A stretch of DNA of 63,611 nucleotides, the filler included, from Bigelowiella natans CCMP2755 (lineage: Eukaryota; Protista; Cercozoa), in assembly GCA_000320545.1 (NCBI GenBank). It is 6 parts of 6 records of this genome, joined end to end, with 100 filler letters (N's around TTAATTAATTAA, not from the genome) between each part and the next. Parts side by side here need not be neighbours in the genome. Positions count along the whole stretch, not along the records: positions 22,394 to 32,287 come from ADNK01001310.1; positions 32,388 to 49,997 come from ADNK01000296.1; 4 more parts are not named here. One strand, written 5' to 3'. The notes under the pieces are model-generated. The model had not been told where the DNA came from, searched no databases, and saw only the letters and a program-made list of their open reading frames with translations. Made by a program: the position numbers and the translations under genes. Positions 26,370 to 37,656 of the stretch are shown piece after piece (position 1 is the stretch's first letter; the number at the start of each line of letters is the position of its first letter).

Positions 26370-27557
26370 ATGATGCAAGAGGATCAAACCCTGAGTACAG
26401 CTTCACAAAAGTCCAGGAAGTCTTCCGAAGAGGAACTTATTCACATGCGCGCTGGTCTCCATTCCCGTCCTGGAGAAAGTTTGGCAACATCACCTCCCAA
26501 AGCTGCGCAAAGCAACAGAACGCCTAGCCGTGAACACCTGACACCTGAAAAGGAAGGAAAAGTCCCCAAAAAGGTTCAGCGACTAGATAATCTGAGTGCT
26601 CCCCTATCTCTAATTAGTTATAAAATGCAATCCAGGTATGCCTGAAGTTCGCAGGTGATTCCGAATCAAATACGCCGTTGAGGCAGAAGCGTGCCAGCCT
26701 ACTTTGCCCACAAAGGATCCAATTGACAACGCAGGATGCACAGGTCTATTCAACTTACCCACACATCATAACGAAGAAATAGAAAAGTGTATTGTGTCCT
26801 CAAGCTGCTTCTCTAAGAACATTTTCGTCTGAAACTGAAAAGGACGTCAAGGGTATGGCCCCGGTGACAACCATCGTGGATCATCCAGGGATACGTCGAA
26901 AACAAGAGGGGCTGAAGGTAAGTCACACGATAGAGTACCTTCAATATGGAATGCAAGTCTTGGCATGACCGGAAGAATTTCTATCATCGCTGATGCCATC
27001 ACCTACCCATCTCTCTCTTACCGATTCGTCCAGTTCTAATATATTTCTCTCTCTCTGCTCCCCATCTCGCCTCTATTCATATCGCCCCTCCCTTAATGGT
27101 GTATGTTTTAATTTCACACTCTTGTCTAAAGAGTTTGATAAGAAATGTTGAGGATCTAAAGAGTTTGATAAGAAATGTTGAGGAACAAAAAACTGCTGGA
27201 GATTCCAATTCAATAAAAAACCCAGCCACAGCAGCAGTTGGAAACGATTTGTATCTTGATACTGGAAAAGAAAAGATGCCAGAGGATATGCTAAATCAAA
27301 GTCCGTGCATTCATCATCCAAAAATCCTAGTTATCCATTCTCATTCTCATATATTCACCACTACTTCTAGCCGCCATAGGACGATGTGTTGTTATTGATA
27401 AATTGCCTGAATATAGGTGGGTGGAGCGTCATGTCGCAGAATATATGGAATGCTTACACGGAATTTGGGATTAGAAAAGCAATCGTGTACTTGTTCACGA
27501 TGCTGATGCCTCTCTACGATTATATAGAGGTGGCAGAGAGGGAGGGGGAGAAAGGGA

Positions 27558-27592
<35 letters not shown>

Positions 27593-28007
27593 CATTAGAG
27601 AATTCAATTATCACAATTTCGCGCATATTTGTTTTCTACCGCTCTTCTTTCATTGATTCTGTCTTTCTTCCCTCCACTAATAATTACTATCTTCGTAAGG
27701 TAAAATACGCATATATTCGGGTCGTAGTGCTTTTCTCCGTGGACGTAGTTGACACCGTCTCAGACATCTTCATTGCGGTGGGACAAGAACGCCGCGACAT
27801 CCTAGGCTTGATGATAATTGCATTGTTTCTCGGGTTCTGGCAGCTGTCTACACAAGCAATGCTGCTATTTCGCGGCAAAGGGTGAGCAAAGTGACGCTCA
27901 AAATATGTATTCTGCGGGAACTCAAAGAGTTGAATAGTTTTGTATGGAGAGAATAACTCAATGTGTGTCTAACGGGGACTTTGTATGCAGTCGTCGTGCA
28001 TGTATGT

Positions 28008-28042
<35 letters not shown>

Positions 28043-28988
28043 CACACTATAGGTACATCACTGCGAGTGCATATCACCAAAACTACAAGAGTGATGAGAC
28101 CAACCGTCGCCACTTTCACGCCATTACTAACTACTCGCGGTGCATGGGCGAGGACGGGCTGGTGATTGTGGTATCAATTCTCAATAGCAAGCGCATAGAG
28201 GGGCTTAATAGACTTTGGTTTGGGATAACTTTGCTGTATGTGCTTTATGCAATCTTGTCATGGGTCTGGCTCTTCCTTGGAACGTGCAGCAGCATTCATG
28301 TTGCAAGAAAGGAGGTAGTAGTAGTAGCAGTAGTAGTGGTAGTTTTAACGACATCATAGAGATATAGTAGTCGCACGTAGCTGTTGTGGTTTTGGAACGG
28401 CGAGAAGGGAGGTACTAGTCGGAAGAAGTAAATTAACAAATAGAGGAGTACCTATTATTTAATTTATGGTTCTCACCATCTGTGTCTGCTTTGTTTGTTT
28501 GGAAATGCTCACCGTGCTGTCGGAAGAATGAAGATGTGTGGAGAGAATTACTCGATTTGGTTATCATCGGCGCAATTATAGCAGTCTTTATACCGCTGTG
28601 GATACAACTGTCTTTGCTCTACTCGCGAGACATCTACTTGACTCCAACACTAGTTATTGCTCTCTTCATCGCTGCGGCCTTCATTATTCTCGGTGCGATT
28701 CTCTCGCTTGGATATTGCCAAGGCTACACATCCAGGGTAGAAAGTGATCTGTGGTGGTATGGCCCGTACGGAAAGCCGCCTCAAGAGGGAGAAGGGGAAA
28801 AGAAAACAATCCAGGATTTTTACATCCTAAAAGCTCTGGCAAATTTTGAGAAAGATATAAAACTTACTCCTGTGTCCATCGTGAATACCAGTGATGACGA
28901 AGAGAACGCTGTAAACGGTGTCGTTCTAGGCGTTACAGAAGCGGTTACAACTGAGTTGCCTCGTCTCGACATCGTGGATGTGATGTGA
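26370..28988 (+). CDS. Multi-pass membrane protein of unknown function with disordered N-terminus, multi-exon
   Basis: Hydrophilic 5' exons, then about 6-7 hydrophobic segments (IRVVVLFSVDVVDTVSDIFIAV, LGLMIIALFLGFWQL, LWFGITLLYVLYAILSW, LVIIGAIIAVFIPLWIQL, LVIALFIAAAFIILGAILSL). Confidence 0.65.
27125..27184 (+). repeat. Perfect 30-bp tandem duplication TCTAAAGAGTTTGATAAGAAATGTTGAGGA x2
   Basis: Read directly; encodes LKSLIRNVE twice. Confidence 0.95.
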
Positions 28989-29316
28989 TATGATGATGTA
29001 ATTCTACTACATTTTTAATGAAATCCTGCTATTATCCGCTTGAATTTCGCGTCATCGTATCTGTTCACATGTGAATGCCGCAACGTTCATATGCATGGAG
29101 ATAACTACTTCTAGATGGATCCCCACTTACATTTATGAGCGGAAGCATTTGATGTGCACCAACGTTAGTTGCGAGCCGAACAATTCAAACACAAGCGATG
29201 CGAAAAAAAACTGCACGGGGCTTGCAGCACTACTGTCAAGTGATGCGTGTTGGCATTTTTAAAAAAAATGGTTGTGTTTGAATCTAATCGTTCTCATGAT
29301 TAAAAAGAAATCGCTG

Positions 29317-29388
29317 TTTCCACGCGGGGAATTGAACCCCGATCTTGGGAGTGAAAATCCCATATCCTAACCGTTGGACTACGCGGAA
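29317..29388 (-). tRNA. trnE-UUC: tRNA-Glu(TTC)
   Basis: Cloverleaf: TTCCGCG/CGTGGAA acceptor stem, GTCC/GGAT D stem, TGGGA-TTTTCAC-TCCCA anticodon arm, CGGGG-TTCAATT-CCCCG T arm; TTTCTTTTT Pol III terminator just downstream. Confidence 0.95.
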
Positions 29389-29496
29389 GGGTGACGGCAT
29401 GTTCCTGATTCGGGTACCGAAAATGCGAGCAGAAGAACCGGCACCTGCAAGGTCTCTTTGGATGGTGCTACTCTCAGACAAGCTTGCATGCATATG

Positions 29497-29568
29497 TTTC
29501 CACGCGGGGAATCGAACCCCGATCTTGGGAGTGAAAATCCCATATCCTAACCGTTGGACTACGCGGAA
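29497..29568 (-). tRNA. trnE-UUC: tRNA-Glu(TTC), second copy
   Basis: Identical to the first copy except the T loop, TTCGATT; 180-bp period. Confidence 0.95.
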
Positions 29569-30024
29569 GGGTGACGGCATGTCCCTGGTCCGGAAACTGC
29601 ATCGTAACTACGCGTTCACTGCGCTGGCACGTTCTCGGAAGCAGAAGAATCGAACTCCTATCAATTTACCGTGGAATGGTCGTTAAATTGTTGTCGCTAG
29701 TTAGGAACGAGCGGGGTTCTTTCGGAGTATAATATAACTAAGAAGGACGAAGGGGATTTTCGCCGAGAGACAGCTGTTTCCTTGAAATTCTCGGAAACCG
29801 TCTCCAACATTTCAATCAAGCGATCGAAGCTTGTACGTAGGCGCTCGTCGATTTTGTTGTTGGCCCGCAACCCCCCCCCTCTCCCCTCAAACACACAAAG
29901 CCAGTTCGCGAAACCGTAAATGTGAATTTCGTGCGCGCTATGCACCAAAGTTCGAGAGATGTTGAAGATGAATGTAACGAATTCGTACACATTATTGACC
30001 CCCTTAGGCGACGCATACCTCCTG

Positions 30025-30505
30025 ATGATGAGATCCCTCCTCACCTCCGCCACGCGTAGCTTGCAGAGCGGGAAGCTCTTCGCCAAAAGTCTTAGCACCA
30101 AATCAAGTTTGAGACAGAGAGGCAGCCTGTTCTTCCGTAATCCACGCAATCGAATTCGGTGCGCTGTTATGGCCACCGGCGCGGCTGTTGGAGCTGCTGG
30201 AGCTTTGGTAAACAACGTGCACACTGTAGTAGCGCATGTCATCCCGGCTTCCATAGTGTCCCACGCTCCGCATAAAATTTCGCGAGTCATTTTAGAGAGC
30301 GGCAATTCGATGATGGATGGATAGATAGGTGGATAGATAGGTAAAGCGTGAAGATGGGGGAGGTGGCGGGTATTTTTCTTAGAGAGGCGCTTGCGTTCCA
30401 AATCATGCAGTCCTACATGTCATATGGTGATGTAAACTGACGATAGTTGCAAAGAGATTTTGTGCAGAATCATCAAATAGATGCACAGACACTTCATACG
30501 CACAT

Positions 30506-30551
<46 letters not shown>

Positions 30552-30977
30552 GAGCGTGTACTCCTCTCTCGAAGGCAATCACAGTTCCTCAGTGCGCGGG
30601 TGGAGGTGTCGGCTTCATCAACTCGCCAGAAAACATCGTGGTGGAAGCTATTGAGGGGCTAGTCCAGTCTCATAGCCATCTCTGTCGTCTAGATGGATAT
30701 CCTGAGGTAGCGCAATAGAGGAAGAGTACATTTACTACTACTACAACTACTACAAATACTACATGTAGACCGCAGCAAAGACCCATATCAGTTTTGTCGT
30801 CCCTCTGACACACTTACGCTCTTCTTCTTTCTGCTTCTTGACCGCTCTCCCTCCCAAGGTGAAAGTCGTCCTGCGTTCGGATTGGGTCAGCCCCAAAAAT
30901 GCGCATAAGGTCGGTCCTCCCAGTCAACAAGGGGGGAGAGGGAAGTTGGCCGATATATCAAGAAGAGAGGGGAGTAT

Positions 30978-31008
<31 letters not shown>

Positions 31009-31255
31009 CAGGTGTTAGCTATTATTTAGCATCTCTCACACAATCACGCCCACTGATGCATGCACGCGCGCCAGGTGGCAATCATATCCGGGGGGGGGGC
31101 TGGCCAGGAAACCACGCCACACACACACACAGAGACACACAAAAATATCACCCGAGACAGCCGCTGTGCGCATCCCCTCCCCCAAAGAGACACAGCGAGA
31201 GAGCAAGCAACACATACACATCGAGTCTATCAATGGTTGCGCGCGCACCCCCCCC

Positions 31256-31307
<52 letters not shown>

Positions 31308-32210
31308 TATATGTACGCGCGGGTGTCGCAAGTATTTTACGTACAACCATTGATAGTCTCGACGTATCTGTCATGCTTGCTCTCTCGCTGTGTCTTATTA
31401 GGGGAGGGAATGCTCACAGCTGCTGTTTCGGGTGATATTTTTGCGTCTCCTTCCGCGTATTCGGTACATTATCCTCTTCAAGGCCACAAATGACCATTAG
31501 CCTCCCGGCAGCATAGCAGCACCACGAACGTGACTGTTATTGGTTGCTAGGTGCTAGCGGCAATCCGCTCCGTTGGCTACCCAGGAGGAGAAGAGCAGAA
31601 GAAGAAAAAGGAGAGGTCTCTCTTTCTCGGCTGCCTCGATGAGAATGATGACGCTGATGATGATAATGATGGTGGTGGTGGTGGTGGTGGTGGTGTGGTG
31701 ATGATGATGAAGGGCAGTAACAATCAACATAAGATGGTTTCTCCGTCTCTCTTTTCCTCCCTCCCAAACCCCCTATTTATCCTCCCTACACGCACGTGCA
31801 AATGGCTCTTCAGTCCGGGGGTCCTTTTGGTTGTTAAGGTAGTGCGGGGCACAGTAGTAGTAGTAGTAGTAGTAGTACTAGTAGCAGTAGCAGCAATAGC
31901 AGTAGAACTATTAGTAGCAGTATTAGCGTTAACGAACAAGCAGCGCAGGGCTAAGTCGTAGAATATACATCCTGAGAGTATTCCAGTGAGAAAGAAGATC
32001 GTTTGTCCTTTTTAGACTCACTACAAAACACAATAATCAAGTGCTGATTCTACTCCCCGCTATCCTGCCCCCTCCCCCCTCCCCCCCCCCCTTCCTGGCG
32101 CTGCACATTTGTCGTGGTGGTGGTGATGGATGGACGGATGCGGTACGGTGAAGAACTATACAGGGGACCGAATCAACTTTACGATCGCTGCGGAACAGGC
32201 ACGCTCCGAG
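30025..32210 (+). CDS. DAK: Dihydroxyacetone kinase/triokinase, 5' part only (cut by gap), with N-terminal presequence
   Basis: GFINSPENIVVEAIEGLV..RLDGYPE|VKVVLRSDW..K|VAIISGGGAG..|GEGMLTAAVSGDIFASPS|VLAAIRSV..|GVLLVVK|NYTGDRINFTIAAEQARSE are hallmark DhaK/Dak1 motifs. Confidence 0.92.
31140..31443. repeat. ~99-bp-arm imperfect inverted repeat centred on an (AT)n run
   Basis: The reverse complement of 31140-31239 matches 31345-31443; the ORF track shows GEGMRTAAVSGDIF on - and GEGMLTAAVSGDIF on +. Confidence 0.92.
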
Positions 32211-32287
32211 GTAGCAGCTGCACACACATACGGCAACCCCGATTCCTACGTAATTGAGTCGCTCATAAAAGCTAAAAACGTCGCTGC

Positions 32288-32387
32288 NNNNNNNNNNNNN
32301 NNNNNNNNNNNNNNNNNNNNNNNNNNNNNNNTTAATTAATTAANNNNNNNNNNNNNNNNNNNNNNNNNNNNNNNNNNNNNNNNNNNN
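32288..32387. other. Assembly spacer
   Basis: 44N-TTAATTAATTAA-44N. Confidence 0.98.
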
Positions 32388-32400
32388 CACACATAAAAAT

Positions 32401-32439
<39 letters not shown>

Positions 32440-32583
32440 AAAATACGCACGCACACACACGCACACACACACACACACACACACAGACGCACATACAATT
32501 TGCTCTGAACATTATCATCATATCCCTTGAAGCGATGATCGAGTATTCGTGCTGTTTCCATCGCGATTATCTATACCCATCAG

Positions 32584-32684
32584 ACGAGAGGTTGATACGA
32601 TTGCGGTCGATCTGTCGCTGAAATGGCCCATGACACGCATGGATGTGGAGATCATGATCAACAGCCTTCAGAGCCAGCTGTACG

Positions 32685-32715
<31 letters not shown>

Positions 32716-32766
32716 AAACAACAAAGCCATCGTGTTTTCCACGCGCACAACTAACATGACCATCAC

Positions 32767-32799
<33 letters not shown>

Positions 32800-33062
32800 T
32801 ATCATCATCATTATCATTGCTGGACTTTACAGTTTTTTAGATACGCTGGAGCTAGATGCCATGTCACTTGACAGCCCAGCCTACAACCGTGAAAAGGCCC
32901 TCTCGCAGCACGAGGAGGATGAGGTAGTAAGAGGAGGAGGAGGGGCGGCGGGGAAGAAGAGGGCACACTTTTTTAAGGGAAAGCTTCTGTGCTTGCTAGG
33001 CTTTCGAGATGAATCACAATCCTCGAGGAGTACTGAGACTTACATCCCCCCGTGCACACGCA

Positions 33063-33101
<39 letters not shown>

Positions 33102-33519
33102 CCCCAGCACATCTCTCGCGTTGAAGAGATAGAGGAGAGGAAGCAAGAACTGAAGGCCCTCACGACGAGGATGCGCTCGATGGAGATCGAGGAGAAAAAA
33201 GCGGCGAAATCACGTGATTATGCGACGGCGCAACATATCAAGACGAAGCTTAGGAACACAGCGGCGGATGCGCTGCAAATCGAGCGCCGAAAACTGTCTC
33301 GCGATATTGAGCATATGTCCGTATTCTTTCTCTCTTTCCCTCCCTCTTCCCCTTCTTCCGATTTATTCTCTACTCCTCCTCCTCCTCCTCCTCCTCTTCA
33401 TCCTCCTCTCCCTCTTCCCTCTACAAGTATATCTGTTGTAGCTGTTGTATGTGTGTGTGTGGTGTTTGAATGTGTGCATTGGTGGGTGCTGGTGCGTTCC
33501 CCGTGTGCACGTTTATCCC

Positions 33520-33554
<35 letters not shown>

Positions 33555-34469
33555 CGCCGTCGTGACCATCACCACCAACATCACCACCACCACCATCGTC
33601 GTCTTGTTGTCCTCCTCCCATGGCTATTGATCTCCACATCCTCCTTGGCCACCACTATTCCGCAGAAATCGAGTGTTGGCAAATCTTGAAGCAAGAGAAG
33701 ACCCAAGCCTGACGCCCCGAATCTCATACCTCTCCGCTAAGCTCGACCGACGCCGTGCGCGCTTGAGTCGTCTCGCCAACATCACGATCATGCACAGGGA
33801 CTTAACAGCGCCATCGTCAGTAGCAAATGACCAGCACCTCACCCCGCTCCCACCCTTCCAACCATCTCCTCCTCCTCCTCCTGTGGCGGCACCTGCGGAG
33901 GGTAGTAGTTGCGGAGATGGAGGAATAATTCGGGGAGGAGAGGAGGGTCATAGGGCAGTAGCGACTGCCGCAACGAGTAATCTCGCATCCTCGCCACCAC
34001 CACCAGTAAGGGCTGCTGAAGAAGAAGAAGCAGCAGCAGCAGCAGCATCTTCCTCCTTCCTCTCGCCGCCGCCTCCTTCTGTGATCGGATGTGACTTCGG
34101 TCAAGGGGAGGAAGAAAGAGGAGGTGGACTGGGGTCGCCCTCCCCCCCCTGTCGCTCACCGTCACTGCTTGGAGGGGCAGCAGCGGGGGGAGGGGGCACG
34201 CTTCGTAAGATTGAGTCGTTCCGCAAGCTGGCGCTGGGCACGCAGATGATGCGGAGGCATGAATTCGGTCGAGCTGTGAAACTCCTTGGAGAATCGCTTG
34301 CTCTCAACCCCTCTCAGGATGGGTGAGTGGTGGTGGTGAGGAGACGGAAAAAGAGGGGTGGAGAGATTGGGGATAATGATGATGATGATAATGATGGGAT
34401 AATTTAGTTGCATACTTCCGAATACTTGTGCATAGCATGCACAGAGAAACGAGCACACTCACACAAACG

Positions 34470-34509
<40 letters not shown>

Positions 34510-35344
34510 CAAACACATATGGTCCTTATTCCGCTGCGAATCCCCATTCATTAAGGCATTGTCGGCGCGCACGGGCGAATTTGTACGCCCAGAACTTCAA
34601 TGAAGCGGAGGCCGACGCGACGAACGCCCTCGATTTTAACCCTGAATGGGCTGAGCCTCTGGTACGACGAAAGAGGAGGGAGACGATGACGAAAAGCACG
34701 CACCGAGAGAGCCTATTATCAGCATATATCTCCACAACTACTGTTATTATCACTGTCAAAGCACCTGAGAGTGCTCGCCTCTCCTCCTCTCTCTTCATAA
34801 AAGATAGATGATTCATGCTGTGGAACCAACAGACTCTCTATTCCCCCCCCCCCCCACACCCCTAACCAAATGATCGTAGGTTGTCCGGGCCTGTGCGAAG
34901 ATGGCACGAGCCAAGCAGGCACTGCTAAGCGCCGCACAGGTCATTACCATCTCCCTCAGCAGCAGCATCATCATCACTTGACAGAAGCAGCATTGATACT
35001 CAACGAATTCCATGCACTTTCTTTCTCATACCGTCAGGATCTTCGTCGCGCTGTGCCTCTAGCTCAGGAGGCGCGGCGCTCACAAGAAGCTGCAAAGCTT
35101 AGGGATATCTGTGTCCAGGTGTTAGTCGCACCTGAAAAATAGCGAACAAAAGTGATAGTAGATCATCATCCATCTCCATGTTGCGCTGCTAGTCGTAAGA
35201 AGAGGGTGAAGTTTACTTTCGGAATTGATGGTGTACTGCTATCACCCCCTCATCTTGATCATCGTGAACGATGGCTCGGTTCCTGTTAGACATTCTTATT
35301 TCCGTCCACCCGCCCGCTTATCATCACTATTGTCATTCTTCTCG

Positions 35345-35381
<37 letters not shown>

Positions 35382-35515
35382 CCTCCCCAACCCTGTCGAT
35401 ATGGTTTCGTTTGTTTTGGCTGTTGGAAATGGCTTCTACCCCAGATGATAGACGCGATGTTGGGCGTCACCGGTGCACGGGACCCTGTGCCTGAGATTCC
35501 AGAGTAGTAGTAGTT

Positions 35516-35595
<80 letters not shown>

Positions 35596-36056
35596 GGGAG
35601 TAGTAGTTGTAGTAGTAGTAATAGTGGTGGTGGGAGTAGCAGTAGTTGTAGTAGTAGTAGTAGTTGTAGTAGTAGTAGTTAGTAGTAGTTGTTGGTAGTT
35701 GTAAAAGTTACTTGTCGTATTCATTTTCATTTTCCCTGTCGCCATCGTCCGCAATAATCCCCACCCCCTTCCCCCTCTTCTCCTCTTTCCTCTCTCCCCT
35801 CCCCTCGCAGGTACGCGCCGGAGACGGAGCTCGAGGCCAAATGGGCGCGAGATCGTGATAAGTTGTTAGCGGAGGGCGGAGACGCTGACGATGATCAGCA
35901 AGATGAAGAACATGCACTCCTCCCCCTCTCTCAACGGCCGCAACCGGCGTCAAATCTAATGAGAGTACAGGTAACTAACATGGGAAGTAGTAGGGAGATG
36001 GATGGTGACGCCGAGAGCAAGCATCGCCCCTCTCTGAAGAAACAACAAACGAATCT

Positions 36057-36106
<50 letters not shown>

Positions 36107-36727
36107 TGCGTGCGTGCCGTTCCTCGTGTTGGATAATGTGATAGGCGCTCCCGTCTCGCGAGGAGTGGGAGTTGTTCACACAGGAGAGCGGTCGGGCACC
36201 ATCCATAGATTATGAGGAGGACGACAAGAAGAGTACTGCCAAATCCCTTGTGGTTCCAGAGGTACGAAGAATCAATACATTGACGTAGAAGACGGCGAGA
36301 ACTACAGCTCACTACTATTTCTACCACGGCCACTACTATTACTACTACTACTACACTTGCGCCTGGATCTCTGACAGAGACGACGTTAGACCACAACGAA
36401 CATTGTCATCATGATTCTTTTAGCTTTCTTCATGCCCATCCACGGCTTGCTCCTCATTGCATGCGCCCCCCCTACCATGGATTTTCCCTTTTTTTGATCG
36501 CTGCAGATACAGCATCCCGAAGACGAGGAGCTCGTCTCCCAAATCCGCGATCGAGATCCTCGGTGGCACCTCCATGCATTCGCTCAAAGACAGCTCCAGA
36601 AGCAAGAGCAGGCAAAGAGTAAGAAGAGGGAGAAGGAGGGCACCCTACCGCAGCAGCCTTCCAATCACCCAAGCTGTTATGATGAGCAAGCCAATGAAGT
36701 AGACATGCAGGGAACTGCGCGCCATGA
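32584..36727 (+). CDS. TPR-repeat protein with coiled coil (UVR-like motif), 5' end missing, multi-exon
   Basis: EKKAAKSRDYATAQHIK (UVR-like); LGTQMMRRHEFGRAVKLLGESLALNPSQD|..HCRRARANLYAQNFNEAEADATNALDFNPEWAEPL|VVRACAKM (TPR consensus); ends VDMQGTAP*. Confidence 0.75.
35503..35700. repeat. Imperfect (AGT/GGT)n trinucleotide tract, intronic
   Basis: Read directly. Confidence 0.9.
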
Positions 36728-37414
36728 ACTAGAAAGGAAGGAAGGGGACCCAGCAGAGGATGTCCACATGATCGACGATGATGGAGATTCCATCGATTCC
36801 AACTGAGACAAGTTTGAACGGAGCGTAGAAGCACATCCATACATGCCATTCATCGAAGAGGGTTTAACACGTGTTCTGCAGCACTAAGCTAGCTTGAAGA
36901 GTCATTGGAAAGCCCGGCAGATGCACATGTGCTGCAGTTGAGTTTAGGCAACTCGTTTTTGGCGGTTGAATCATGCATTAGTGGCCATACAAACAGTCAG
37001 CTGGGTGACGGTCAGAACAATACTTTGTTTGCTCTACCATTGCTATATTGCATTATAGAGCACAGCGCATGTCATACCTTTTGTGTGTGACTTGGCCCAT
37101 GCATGTCTACAACAATAATACAACGTATGATAATTTTGAATCAAAGCATTATAGTGCCACCAGTTCGTGTCGTATCGATCATGCGGCGACTGCACAAGCA
37201 GACATGTGCTGGATGCAAGCTCGAGCATAAAACAGGGCATAAACGAAAGCAGCGTGCGTTGTCAGCGTGGCAGAGTAGTTTCACAAGCATGCCTAGCACA
37301 CGCACTAGCGCGAGTGAATATCGCTCTGATATAATAATAGCCACATGTAGCATGCACACAGACACTAGCTATGCATAGACTATATGCATGGGTATCATAG
37401 ACTTTGCATTTGGT

Positions 37415-37457
<43 letters not shown>

Positions 37458-37656
37458 CACGCACACACAGAGTGCGTTGAAGCAGTGACAAGCTGTTGCA
37501 CATCAACGATAATTATTCCGATAAACATACATCATCACAGACTAAAGCATTGTGAACACAATAACAAGGCTAGAACGGTAGAAGGGCGTGAGTCCTTAGT
37601 GTATACATCACAGACACGGAGCGAAACATGGAAAGATGATTATCATCGCAAGGTGC

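Noticed and set aside
29345-29360. Suppressor or Sec tRNA (TCA within the anticodon loop)
   Set aside because: The 7-nt loop TTTTCAC centres on TTC, which is Glu; short variable loop.
29697-30401. 234-aa minus-strand ORF
   Set aside because: Antisense to the DAK first exon; no recognisable domain.
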